From an uncultured Myxococcales bacterium (GTDB lineage Bacteria > Myxococcota_A > Bradymonadia > UBA4248): 64,000 nt of DNA. The notes under the pieces are model-generated. The model searched no databases and was not told the DNA's origin. It saw nothing but the letters and a program-made list of their open reading frames with translations. Positions 8,864-18,001 of this stretch are shown here, piece after piece. The DNA is taken from contig CAYVQF010000003.1 of assembly GCA_964454015.1 (NCBI GenBank), positions 127,057 through 191,056 on the forward strand, written 5' to 3'. The first letter of the stretch is position 1; each line of letters opens with the position of its first letter. The translations under genes were made by a program, and so were the position numbers.

Positions 8864-9718
8864 TCACTCCGTTGGTTTTGGGGCGAGCTGGCGCAAGACC
8901 CCCTTGAGGTCATCTTGGCTGAGGGCAAAGGCGGCACACATTTGCTGGAGGCAGATCGATTCTCCAGGTGTCATGATGTTGTCGGCCGCGAGGATAGTGT
9001 AAGCGAAGGAGAGGGCCTGCAAGCGGTCGTCCCGGGCGAGGAGTGATTTGGCGAGGACGCGCAAGCGGAAGGGGATGCCGTCGGCCCGAATACGGCCCAA
9101 GGCGCTTTCGAGGAGATCGCCGATTTCACTTTCGTCGAGTTTGGAGAAGGCCTGATGGTGGGCGAGGTTGAGAGCAATCTGGGTACACTCTTCGGGTTGG
9201 ACCTCGCCGTCGGCGGCGGCCATGACCAGCATGGTTTCGATGTAGGCATCGGTGTGATTGAGGCGGGCCGCGCTACAGGTTTCGTAGAGGTCATCTACGA
9301 TAGCGGTGAGATCGTTCTTTTCGGCGATAGCTCCCATGATTTTTGCGACCTGGTGGTCGGTGAGCATGAGTGCTGCCTGGAAAGCGCGCAGGAGATCCAT
9401 TTCGCTGTCGGCGAGGTTGCCGTCAGCGAGTGAGATCTGGGTGGCCAGGGCAAAGGCCAAGAGCCTGAGCTCACAGTGCTCGAGTTGTTTGGCCAAGTTC
9501 TGCAAGTAGTCATGCAAGCCGTGCAGCTTGAGTTGTTGCAGGGCATGTGAGATGGCGTCGGCGAGGTCTTCCAAGCGGACGCCGCGGAAGCGGGGGTGAC
9601 TGGAGACGGTGGAGACGAGTTGATCGATCTCGTCGTCTTCGATGCGGCCGTCGGCGATGATCATGAGGACCGCGACTTCGATGAGGGCTTTTCGCTCTTC
9701 GAGTTCAGTGGGGGTCAT
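8864..9718 (-). CDS. TerB-like (tellurite-resistance TerB / DjlA N-domain family) protein with three tandem repeats
   Basis: Three repeats of the amphipathic AADG-type TerB-like motif (VAVLMIIADGRIEDDEIDQL / MLVMAAADGEVQPEECTQI / FAYTILAADNIMTPGESICL). The start overlaps the stop of the upstream S1 gene (ATGA). Confidence 0.5.
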   Translation of the reverse strand: MTPTELEERKALIEVAVLMIIADGRIEDDEIDQLVSTVSSHPRFRGVRLEDLADAISHALQQLKLHGLHDYLQNLAKQLEHCELRLLAFALATQISLADGNLADSEMDLLRAFQAALMLTDHQVAKIMGAIAEKNDLTAIVDDLYETCSAARLNHTDAYIETMLVMAAADGEVQPEECTQIALNLAHHQAFSKLDESEIGDLLESALGRIRADGIPFRLRVLAKSLLARDDRLQALSFAYTILAADNIMTPGESICLQQMCAAFALSQDDLKGVLRQLAPKPTE

Positions 9719-11262
9719 TTTTTCACCTTCAACTGCTTGGCGAGGAGATCGCCAAGGGTCGCGAAACCGGCATCGGTGTCTTGGTAGGATGTGGGCGCGC
9801 CCTGCTGCGGCTGTGCTGCATGACCTTTGTTGCGCGAGGTGGATGTTCTGGGTGTGCTCTCGGGCTCGCCTTCGCGTTGCTCCTTGAGGGAGAGGGTGAT
9901 GCGCTTGCGTTCGGTATCCACAGCGAGGACGTGTGCTTGGACCTCATTTCCCGGGGTGAAATCTCGCATGGGAGAGGTCCGCTGGCTTTGCCCGAGCTCG
10001 CTCTTGGGCAAAAGGGCCACGATGCCATCAGCGAGGGCGACGAAGACCCCGAAGTCGGCGACGTGGTCGACGGTGCCAGTGACCAAGGCGCCGACGGGGA
10101 AGTCATGGTCAACGTTGAGCCAGGGGTCGGCGAGGGTGGCTTTGAGTGAGAGTGAGATACGTTTGTTCTCGGGATCGACGCTGAGGATGCGCACATCAAC
10201 GACGTTACCGACGTCGAGGACCTCCGCAGGGTTGTTGACGCGTTGGTGGCGCATCTCCGAGAGGTGGATCAGCCCCTCAATGCCAGGTGCCAATTCGACG
10301 AAGGCTCCGAAAGGCATGAGCTTGGTGACTGTTCCGGTGCGGTTGTTGTCGGCGAAGAGCCAATTGGGCGCGTCTGTCCAGGGATCCTGGAGGAGTTGTT
10401 TGATGGAGAGTGAGATGCGCTCGGTTTTGCCGAGGGCGATGTGCTCGAGGACGAGCACCCTGACGTCGTCTCCCTCTTTGAGCACCTCCGAGGGGTGTTT
10501 GATGCGGGTATGGGCGATTTCGGAGACATGGACCAGGCCATCGATCCCTCCGATATCGACGAAGGCTCCGTAGTCGCGGAGAGAGCGTACCTTTCCCTCG
10601 AGGATGGCCCCCACTTTGAGGCGGGTGCGCAGTTCTTCGCGGCGGACGCGATCTTCTTCTTCGAGGAGTGCTTTGCGGGAGACGACGAAGCGGCGTCCTC
10701 CCTTGTCATATTCCGTGATTTTGAAAGCGTAGGTGGCGCCGAGGTGAATGGAAGGGTCTTCAGTGTAGGCGCGGTCGATGTGGGAGATTGGACAAAAAGC
10801 GCGCTGGCCGAGCACCGCGACCTCAAAGCCCCCTTTGTTGGTGCTTTCGACACGGCCGTTCACGGGGAGCCCAGCGAGGAAGGCCTCTTCGACGGCGAAG
10901 CTGGCGCCGCCGCTTCTGCTGAGCTTGATGCCGCCGTCAAAGCTGGCAATTTTGGCTTTGATGGCATCGCCCGGATGATAGATGAAGTGTCCGTCTTCAC
11001 CTTTGAGCTCGTCGACGGCGATGGCAGCTTCTGCTTTGGAGCCCAGGTCGACGTAAGCGAAGTCCTGGCCGATTTGAATGATGGTCCCTTCGACGCTCAT
11101 GCCGAGCTCGAAGTGCGGGCGTGGGGGCAGCGCTTCTTGGCTAAACATGGCCGCAAAGTCTTCGTCGTCCTCATCGTCGTTGATGGGTTCGGGAAGGGGC
11201 TCTTCGTGCTGCACTTCGTTAGGGAGGTAGGTTCTGCGACGGGGCTTGGTTGGGTCTACCAT
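9715..11262 (-). CDS. S1 RNA-binding domain protein (ribosomal protein S1-like, 4-5 S1 repeats)
   Basis: Repeated S1 motifs (G.V..v..fGaFV.l..gieGLiH.SE....r...P.evl..G..v.v.vl.vd....ri.LS.K). A poly-acidic linker sits near the N-terminus. Confidence 0.8.
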   Translation of the reverse strand: MVDPTKPRRRTYLPNEVQHEEPLPEPINDDEDDEDFAAMFSQEALPPRPHFELGMSVEGTIIQIGQDFAYVDLGSKAEAAIAVDELKGEDGHFIYHPGDAIKAKIASFDGGIKLSRSGGASFAVEEAFLAGLPVNGRVESTNKGGFEVAVLGQRAFCPISHIDRAYTEDPSIHLGATYAFKITEYDKGGRRFVVSRKALLEEEDRVRREELRTRLKVGAILEGKVRSLRDYGAFVDIGGIDGLVHVSEIAHTRIKHPSEVLKEGDDVRVLVLEHIALGKTERISLSIKQLLQDPWTDAPNWLFADNNRTGTVTKLMPFGAFVELAPGIEGLIHLSEMRHQRVNNPAEVLDVGNVVDVRILSVDPENKRISLSLKATLADPWLNVDHDFPVGALVTGTVDHVADFGVFVALADGIVALLPKSELGQSQRTSPMRDFTPGNEVQAHVLAVDTERKRITLSLKEQREGEPESTPRTSTSRNKGHAAQPQQGAPTSYQDTDAGFATLGDLLAKQLKVKK

Positions 11263-11267
11263 GGGCT

Positions 11268-11732
11268 CTATCTGATGATGGCGAGCACTTCGCTGAGTTC
11301 AATGCGCTGTGCGTCGTTGAGTTTTGCTCGCAGTTGTTTTTGGGCCTGGGCAAAGCGGTCGATGCTTTGCTGGAGTCGATCCTGGTGTTGCAGGAGGTAG
11401 TGTTCGCGTTCCACTGTCGCGAGGTTGAGGACATGCTGCTCGAGGTCGGCGACGATGGTATCGATGCGCTGCGCGTTTTGCTGGAGGTAGTCACGCACGC
11501 CTTCGAGATTCTGGCCGGGGTTGTCGTGTGGTTTAGCCAGGATATCCGTGAGTTCGTTGAAGACGGCGACCAAGCGCAGCCCAGGATCATCGTTTTGCTG
11601 AAGCTCTGGCGGTGCCTTTCGCTCTGCAGGTGCTTGCGTGGCTTGCTGGCAGGCGGGGCTGCTTGTCCCAGCCAGGCAGACGAGCAAGATGAGGGAGAGC
11701 CAGTGGTCGTGGAGATAGGTCAGGGCGCGCAT
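11268..11732 (-). CDS. secreted hypothetical protein (signal peptide, helical)
   Basis: N-terminal signal (MRALTYLHDHWLSLILLVCLAGTSSPAC). Q/L-rich helical remainder. No domain recognised. Confidence 0.45.
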   Translation of the reverse strand: MRALTYLHDHWLSLILLVCLAGTSSPACQQATQAPAERKAPPELQQNDDPGLRLVAVFNELTDILAKPHDNPGQNLEGVRDYLQQNAQRIDTIVADLEQHVLNLATVEREHYLLQHQDRLQQSIDRFAQAQKQLRAKLNDAQRIELSEVLAIIR

Positions 11733-11883
11733 AGGAGAGGGAAACCGGGACTGGATAGCGGCCGCAGAGGTGCAGCTTGGGCAGAATTGCGCGCCCTGAC
11801 TTAGGTGTCAAGGCAGCGGTTAGGACCGCTGGCTCTCGGGGCGCGGTGCGGGTCGGCTCCGCTCGATGTGCGTGCGAAAAGGA

Positions 11884-11912
11884 TTGACAAGTAGCGATGG
11901 CCCCATTATATA
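11884..11912 (+). promoter_or_regulatory. near-consensus sigma-70 promoter (TTGACA-N17-TATATA) driving tRNA-Pro
   Basis: TTGACA at 11884-11889 and TATATA at 11907-11912 with a 17-nt spacer. The predicted TSS lies about 6-8 nt downstream, just 5' of the mature tRNA 5' end at 11926. Confidence 0.6.
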
Positions 11913-11925
11913 GCCGCCGTCCACA

Positions 11926-11999
<74 letters not shown>

Positions 12000-12061
12000 T
12001 TTTCAATGAGAGTGAAGCCCTTTGTCGGCCTTTGTCGACCAGGGTCGGTGTGTCCCCGTGT

Positions 12062-13813
12062 TCAGGGCCAGGGCACGTCGCCGCTGATCACGGGTGGCTG
12101 TTGGTTGACCTGTTCGAGCTTGAGCTTGATGTCCGGCAGGTCCAGTGACAGGCCGCTGTTGCGGATTTCCTCGATGGCGCGGTCGAGGTAGCGGCGTTGG
12201 CCTTCTCCGTGGAGCGCGACCTCTCTGGCGAGGATATCGAGCCAGAGGACGGCTGCTTTGCTTCCTTGGGGGTGGCGGCGATAGACCCGAATGAAGTCTT
12301 CTGCGAGGGGTTCAGCGACGCGTCCTTCGCCAAAGAGGTAGTGTCTGAGGATGATCTCGTAGCGCACGAAGCCCGCCATTTGTGGTTCCGCGTCGCCCAT
12401 GATGCGAATGAACTGCTCGCCTGAGCCGATGAAGTCGCGGTGGACTTGGGGGATCTCGAGGCGCTGCTCTGCCGGCGCGGTGGGCAATGGCGAGTCCTTG
12501 GCCCTCTCGTAGGCGGTCAGGACCAAGTTCTTCACCACGGTGTCGCGGTGGGCTCCCTTGGGGTCGGCACCCAGAGAAGCTTTGTAGGCTTCATAGGCTT
12601 CATCGAAGCGCCCGAGTTGATAGAGGGCCTCTCCATTGAGGAACCACATTTGGTGGGCATGGGGGGATTTGGGAAAGAGTTGGAGGTAGTGGGCGTAGGT
12701 GGCGGCCGCCAGATCGTAGAGCGCGGGGAGGTTATCGGCCTGTCCCATGGCGTGCATGCGCAAGGCGAAGGCGCGGACGATGTCTTCAGCCTCGGCGTCG
12801 GCTCTGGCGGCCGGCCCCTGGGCGGCGGTCCATTGGGGTCTGGCTTGGGCCATCTGCACCAGGACTGCCAAGTCTTGGTTCATGGTTTTGAACAAGGCCA
12901 AGCCCTCTGGGCTGGCGTCAAAGGCGGCCTCGTCACCGTCGCGGATGGTGCCGATGTGTCTTTGCTTCTTCAGGGTGGTCAGGACGGCGACTTGGGCTTC
13001 ATAGCCTTCGCGGGTAGAGGGTTTGGCCTGGGCAATGGCTCGGTAGGCATCGGCGGCGCGGGCGGGGTTAGTCTGCAGGCGATCATAGAGCAGGGCCACG
13101 TCACCGGTGAAACGGACGGCTTCAGCTTCGTTGCCGAGGCAAATATCGAGAATGCTTTGGGGGTCATCAACGGGCATGTCGAGGAGGGTGTAGAAGATGG
13201 CCGTGCCATAGCGGAGATCGCTGAGAAAGTCGATGTCGACGAAGGCTTCTGCGCGGCGCCGCAGGGTTTCTTGAAAGAGTTCCTGGAGCATGGCGAAGGC
13301 GCGGGGAGGATCTTCGAAGTGCTCCCAGGCTTCTGCGAGGCGCGGCTCGAGGTTGGTGCGGGAAATGACAGGGCTGTCGATGTAGGTGTCCTCGGCCCAG
13401 CTCAAGGCGCGGGCGCGGTTGGAGATGAGGAAGGCGCGGCGGGCCTCGCGGTTGACCTTGGCAAAGGTGGTTGCGTCCCAATCATGTTCGTTTTGCAAGC
13501 GTTTATGGATTTCGTCCCACAAGAAGAGGTTGATGTCTGCGATGGCTCGGTAGGCTGCGGCTCTCTGGGAAGGTGTCGCCTTCGGGTCCCTGAGGCGTTG
13601 CAGGGCGGCTTGGCCTTGTTCGGTGACCTCAGGTGCGAGGGTGACGACGGAGCTGGTCGCGATTTGGATGTCGAGTTGCTGATTCGCTGCGCCGCCACAG
13701 GCGACGGAGAGTAGGGTTGCGGCGAGTAGTAGCGCGCTGCCCCATGCCCGTGGATCCCGGATTGGGAGCGGTGTTGGCAGTGAAAGCGACTGTATTGATT
13801 GCTTAATTTGCAT
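12062..13813 (-). CDS. large lipoprotein, helical/TPR-like (hypothetical)
   Basis: Start trimmed to MQIKQSIQSLS...ALLLAATLLSVACGG (lipobox). About 580 aa of helical sequence with TPR-like stretches (AYEAYKASLGADPKGAHRDTVVKNLVLTAYERA). Confidence 0.6.
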   Translation of the reverse strand: MQIKQSIQSLSLPTPLPIRDPRAWGSALLLAATLLSVACGGAANQQLDIQIATSSVVTLAPEVTEQGQAALQRLRDPKATPSQRAAAYRAIADINLFLWDEIHKRLQNEHDWDATTFAKVNREARRAFLISNRARALSWAEDTYIDSPVISRTNLEPRLAEAWEHFEDPPRAFAMLQELFQETLRRRAEAFVDIDFLSDLRYGTAIFYTLLDMPVDDPQSILDICLGNEAEAVRFTGDVALLYDRLQTNPARAADAYRAIAQAKPSTREGYEAQVAVLTTLKKQRHIGTIRDGDEAAFDASPEGLALFKTMNQDLAVLVQMAQARPQWTAAQGPAARADAEAEDIVRAFALRMHAMGQADNLPALYDLAAATYAHYLQLFPKSPHAHQMWFLNGEALYQLGRFDEAYEAYKASLGADPKGAHRDTVVKNLVLTAYERAKDSPLPTAPAEQRLEIPQVHRDFIGSGEQFIRIMGDAEPQMAGFVRYEIILRHYLFGEGRVAEPLAEDFIRVYRRHPQGSKAAVLWLDILAREVALHGEGQRRYLDRAIEEIRNSGLSLDLPDIKLKLEQVNQQPPVISGDVPWP

Positions 13814-14006
13814 GACAGGACCACGGGTGGAGAGGGTGGTGGTGCTTGACCGTTCCCTCAAGTCTAAGAGAGGCGGTGGCCGCTGACAATGGCCAGGGCT
13901 CGGTTCAGGTGCGTCGTGGGGCGACCTCAGGACTTTGGCCAGCCTCGGTGGATGGGGTAGCATCTGCGGCTGGGACTGGGTGTGACGCGTGTGGAGAGGG
14001 GGAACC

Positions 14007-14462
14007 ATGTGGCTCAGGTTGGGTGTCTTGGTGCTGTTGTTTTTCTCGTTGGGTTGTGAGCGCGGCGCTGAGGGAGAGGCGAGGGTCGAAGGGTCGGCTT
14101 CTCGCGGCGAGTCATCTGTGGCAGAGCAGGGTCGTGATGCGACGGATCAGCGTATTGTGGCTGAGGTGGTGCTGCTGACGCAGATTTTACAGGGGCGCGG
14201 TACGACGGCTGAGATTGCCGATGCCTTTGAGGCCCATTATGCGGCGCACAAGGAGCGCATTTTGGCGGCGTCACAGGGTGTGGCGGAGAAAGAGAAGGGG
14301 ATGAGCCAGGGCGAGCGCGAGGCCTATCACGACACCTTGATCGGGTGGGAGGAGGTCACGGCCTTTCTCGACGCGCTGGACGCTTTTCAGTCGCAAGCGA
14401 CGCCTGAGGAGACCGTGCGGGTGGAGTCGGTGCTGAGTGAGATATACTTGTTTGCCGACTAG
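14007..14462 (+). CDS. small lipoprotein (hypothetical)
   Basis: Signal/lipobox MWLRLGVLVLLFFSLGCE. Acidic helical remainder. Confidence 0.45.
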   Translation: MWLRLGVLVLLFFSLGCERGAEGEARVEGSASRGESSVAEQGRDATDQRIVAEVVLLTQILQGRGTTAEIADAFEAHYAAHKERILAASQGVAEKEKGMSQGEREAYHDTLIGWEEVTAFLDALDAFQSQATPEETVRVESVLSEIYLFAD

Positions 14463-14584
14463 GCGCGCCAACTTCTGGACACAAGTCGACGCCATCTGCG
14501 CGGGTTGCTGGCGCAGCTTTGGATCGATGCCTTCGGTTCACTCAGTGGCCGGTCACTTTCCGGGACCACGTCCGGTAGGCGTGC

Positions 14585-14619
14585 GCCTGCCGTGGGGTGA
14601 GTCGGGTTGGCGGGCAGGC
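14585..14619 (-). terminator. hairpin immediately 3' of the rpmF stop (GCCTGCC...GGCAGGC), possible weak terminator
   Basis: 7-bp GC stem with a 21-nt loop, starting 1 nt after the rpmF stop. No U-tract follows, so it is at best a weak or Rho-assisted terminator. Confidence 0.25.
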
Positions 14620-14620
14620 T

Positions 14621-14809
14621 CTACTCGTACTCGACGACGGCGATGACGTTTTGTCCTTTGTAGACACCGCAGCTCAAGCAGACCCGATGTGGCAACTTGG
14701 GTTCGCCGCAGTTCGGGCAGTATGAGATGCCAGGTTGTTGGATCCGGTCGTGTTGGCTACGACGCATCCGGGTGCGAGATTTGCTCATGCGTTTCTTGGG
14801 GACTGCCAT
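14621..14809 (-). CDS. rpmF: 50S ribosomal protein L32
   Basis: [19 protein letters not shown]... with the CPNCG...CLSCG zinc-ribbon. 62 aa. Confidence 0.9.
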   Translation of the reverse strand: MAVPKKRMSKSRTRMRRSQHDRIQQPGISYCPNCGEPKLPHRVCLSCGVYKGQNVIAVVEYE

Positions 14810-14836
14810 GGGTAGACTCCTAGATGACGGGGGTTA

Positions 14837-15388
14837 TCAGTTGGCCCCGCGGTTTGACTTGAGTGATTTGAGTGCGTCCCATGGGCTGTCGTCCGGTTGG
14901 GCAGGGCACTGGCAGGTCTGGTGGTTGCGGTTGCTACCGCAGCCCGGGCAGAGGCCGGCACAGGATTCTGCGCAGAGGGGGTATGGATCGACTTCGAGGA
15001 GGATGCACTCCTTGAGAATATGTGAGAGATCAATGTTTTCGCCGTCGAAGAAGACCGTGTCGAGGTCGTCTTCTTGCAGCTCGAGCTCGGTGGCAGCGGT
15101 GGCACTCATGGCGGTGCTTTCGGGCAGCAACCACAGGTTCAGCTCGATGGGATAGGCTTGCGGCACGGGCTCGAGGCAGCGACGGCAGGGCAGGGCGAGG
15201 GTGGTCGAGATGTGACCCGAGAGGTGTAGGCGCCCGCGGTGGTGCTTGATGGCCAGGTCGACCGACATGGGTTCCAAGGCCTCGAGGTCGTCGACATCGC
15301 GCACCAAGGCATTCAGGTCGGAGACCGGCAAGGACTTTTCAACCCGGAGTCCCTGTTCGGGATCGATTTGACTAGCGAGATAACGCAT
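14837..15388 (-). CDS. yceD: YceD/DUF177 family protein (large-subunit rRNA accumulation protein), upstream partner of rpmF
   Basis: Conserved yceD-rpmF arrangement. C-terminal Cys cluster (CAESCAGLCPGCGSNRNHQTCQC) typical of DUF177. Start trimmed to MRYLASQID. Confidence 0.75.
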   Translation of the reverse strand: MRYLASQIDPEQGLRVEKSLPVSDLNALVRDVDDLEALEPMSVDLAIKHHRGRLHLSGHISTTLALPCRRCLEPVPQAYPIELNLWLLPESTAMSATAATELELQEDDLDTVFFDGENIDLSHILKECILLEVDPYPLCAESCAGLCPGCGSNRNHQTCQCPAQPDDSPWDALKSLKSNRGAN

Positions 15389-15535
15389 CGCAGCAAGGCC
15401 GTGAAAGGACAGTACCCAAGTGGCCACGGTCTGCAGCGAAATTCGCCGCAGCCACGGTCGCGGTACTCTAGCGAGGTGGATGCGCGGTGTCAACTTCCGT
15501 GTGGCAGTGATCGCATGGCAGAGCCCGAACTCGGG

Positions 15536-16429
15536 TCATGAAGTCGGCGTTGGGTCGAGGCCCCAGTGCTCAGGGCCGGCCAGGACGGTGATGCTTCCCG
15601 GGGGGCTGTTGTTGTCGAAAGCGAAGGTGGTGGTGGCGTCTCGGCACGAGCGTGCCGTTGCTTTCCAGGTGTTATCCGTGGGCTGGTAGGCGATGACTTT
15701 GGCGCATGGATGGGTTGGGGTGCAGATGGTGGTGCCGACGGGGCAGGGTCCGACGACTCTGTTGAGGAGGGCGACGATGGCCGGGTGGTGCAGGCTTTGG
15801 CTTTTGGCTCCGATGGCGTCGAGGGCCAGCATATGGAGTGGCGCCGATCGCGGTTTGGTTGCGAGGGAGGCGGTATGGGTGACGAAGGCGTCGATGACGC
15901 TGAGGAAAAGAGCCAAGGGGTGTTGGAGCACTGGGAAGCGCAGTTTGGGAAGGCCGGAGCCGTCTAGGCCGAGGCGAAACTGAAAGGAAGCCAGCACGGT
16001 GCGGAGGTGGCCCCTGTCGATGACCGGCGAGAGAAAGAGATTGAGGAGGCGCCGCTGTGCTTGTGCGTCCTGATCTTTGGCGAAGGCACCATGGGTGTCG
16101 GCGCCCATTTGGTAGGTGAGGGCCGCGACGACGAGGTCGAACTGTTGTTGGCGCGGCATGGAGGCAAAGGTGACCAAGGCGGCGGCGGTGGCGGCACTGC
16201 GGAGGGCGTGCTCATGAGGGCCTTTGGCCGTTGCGCGCAGGAGGACCATGGTGATGAGGAGATCGCTGTGGGCAGAGGCGAGCTCGAGCAGGCGGATGGC
16301 GATGCGTTTGGTGCGAAAGCGTCCACCTGTTGGCGCGCCGGTGAGGAGGGGTTGCAGCAGGTCCAGGGCCTCAGCGTAGGCGCTTGCCACCATCATGCCG
16401 GCCTGGCTGGTTTTGTGGATGGGGTTCAT
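15536..16429 (-). CDS. degenerate HD-GYP-like domain protein (hypothetical)
   Basis: The order of motifs (AHSD ... HEH ... LGLDGSGLPKL) mimics the HD ... HHE-DGSGYP layout of HD-GYP phosphodiesterases. The HHE triad and the Tyr of GYP are replaced, so this is a likely inactive, receptor-type variant. Confidence 0.4.
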   Translation of the reverse strand: MNPIHKTSQAGMMVASAYAEALDLLQPLLTGAPTGGRFRTKRIAIRLLELASAHSDLLITMVLLRATAKGPHEHALRSAATAAALVTFASMPRQQQFDLVVAALTYQMGADTHGAFAKDQDAQAQRRLLNLFLSPVIDRGHLRTVLASFQFRLGLDGSGLPKLRFPVLQHPLALFLSVIDAFVTHTASLATKPRSAPLHMLALDAIGAKSQSLHHPAIVALLNRVVGPCPVGTTICTPTHPCAKVIAYQPTDNTWKATARSCRDATTTFAFDNNSPPGSITVLAGPEHWGLDPTPTS

Positions 16430-16435
16430 GGTGGC

Positions 16436-17890
16436 TCAGTCCTCGCCGTTGCTGTCTTGGCCTGCTTTGAGGAGGCTCTTTTCCAAAGCGTCAAGGTGGT
16501 CGAGCATGGAGCGCGGGATGGCGCTGTTTTTTCTGCGTTGGCCGGGTTGGCTGTCGGTGGCGTCGAGGAAGGCCATGAGGGAGGCGTCGAGTTCGTTGGG
16601 GAAGCCGTCGTCGATGGGCCCCAAGTCCATGGATTGCCATAGCATATCGGGGTCATCGTCGTCGGGGATTCTGACCTTGACCGCGCCGGTGCTCGGTCGT
16701 CGGTGTTCTGGGGCAATCCACTGGGTTTCGAGTGAGGCGATGGTGTCACGCACCCTCTGCTTGTGCTGTTCAGGGAGGGACTGGGTCGCCTCTTGCCAGA
16801 AAGGATGCTGAAAGGCGTAGCAGGCGCCAAAGAGGGCGATGATGGTAGGTAAGTGCTCGTGAGGGCTCTTGTCGACGGCGAACTTCCACACGTCGAGCGC
16901 TGATTGGCTGAGCCACCACCGCAATATTCTATGTGGGGGATCGGAGACGATGCCATCGGCGACGGCCTCGATGAGCTTCAGGAAAAGCTGTGGCGTGGCC
17001 AATTTTTTGAGGCATGCGGTGGTGACCTCCAAGGTGTGGGTGGCGACCTTGGCGCTGGGGTCACTCATGGTTTCAAGATTGCGGATGGCTTTGAGTATGT
17101 CTTCCCATTCAGCGTTGAAGATCTGTTCGCCGACGATTTTGGCGAAGAGGAGGGCGACCTCTTGGGCGGAGAGGGCGGGTGAGTTGGCCCCGGAGACGGC
17201 GAGCAAGGTTGCTGAGAAATGCCGCCGCAGCGTGCTTTCGTTCTCCATGCGCATGGCCTCGCAGAGGATATCGAGGCTGCGTCGCTCACTTCGGCCGATG
17301 GGAGTCAGGGTCATGAGAGGGGGTGGGTCCCCAACGCGCAGGGGTTCGCCCAGACCGAGGGTGGTTGCCAGCGCGCGTTCGAGCTCCTGCCGGGCCGGCG
17401 GCTTGTTGCTGAGGTGGGCTAGGGAGGTGGTTTGGAAGCGGATGGGTTGCTCACCCTCTTCAAACCAATAGGTGACGAGATCGTGGGTGTCGTTGGGGAG
17501 GTGTTCGCGGTAGACCGTGTAGATTTGGAAGAAGTGAATGAGGTGGAGGGCTTCCAGGCCGTGGACGAAGCTCAGGGCGAGGACGCCCTGGGTGCGGAGG
17601 ACCCTGGCCAGCTCGCGCAGGGCTTCATTTTCGAGGAGGAGTGGCTGGTTGTTGACGAGGAGGTGATCCGAGGTTGCAGGGAGGGTGATATCGACGGAGC
17701 CGCGCGCATCGAGGACGCTGGTCATGTTGCGGAAGAAGACGATGAAGTCAGGGTCTTGTTCGCTGGTGACGTTGGTGGCCAGGAGCAGCGCCAGGCGCTC
17801 CACCACGGCCTGTGGTGTGTCGTCTCGACTGGGCACGGGTGGTCTCTCCAATGCTTGGATGGCCGCGAGCAAGCATGAACACAGAAGCAC
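16436..17890 (-). CDS. hypothetical protein, 484 aa (probable operon partner of the HD-GYP-like gene)
   Basis: Long ORF with a 6-nt gap to the downstream gene. The antisense frames show a typical mirror composition. No domain recognised. Confidence 0.5.
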   Translation of the reverse strand: MLLCSCLLAAIQALERPPVPSRDDTPQAVVERLALLLATNVTSEQDPDFIVFFRNMTSVLDARGSVDITLPATSDHLLVNNQPLLLENEALRELARVLRTQGVLALSFVHGLEALHLIHFFQIYTVYREHLPNDTHDLVTYWFEEGEQPIRFQTTSLAHLSNKPPARQELERALATTLGLGEPLRVGDPPPLMTLTPIGRSERRSLDILCEAMRMENESTLRRHFSATLLAVSGANSPALSAQEVALLFAKIVGEQIFNAEWEDILKAIRNLETMSDPSAKVATHTLEVTTACLKKLATPQLFLKLIEAVADGIVSDPPHRILRWWLSQSALDVWKFAVDKSPHEHLPTIIALFGACYAFQHPFWQEATQSLPEQHKQRVRDTIASLETQWIAPEHRRPSTGAVKVRIPDDDDPDMLWQSMDLGPIDDGFPNELDASLMAFLDATDSQPGQRRKNSAIPRSMLDHLDALEKSLLKAGQDSNGED

Positions 17891-18001
17891 GCAGCGTCGG
17901 GGTGGTGGCAGAACCTGTCTAGGTCAAGTTACACCACTTGGCTTGGGTGGCAAAAGCCTCAGCGAAAAAGACAAGTGCGCCGCAGACGTTCAGGGGGGTG
18001 T

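Noticed and set aside
12440-13714. 424-aa plus-strand ORF
   Set aside because: G/V/E/D-rich mirror-frame product. The opposite strand encodes a lipoprotein with a clean signal peptide and lipobox.
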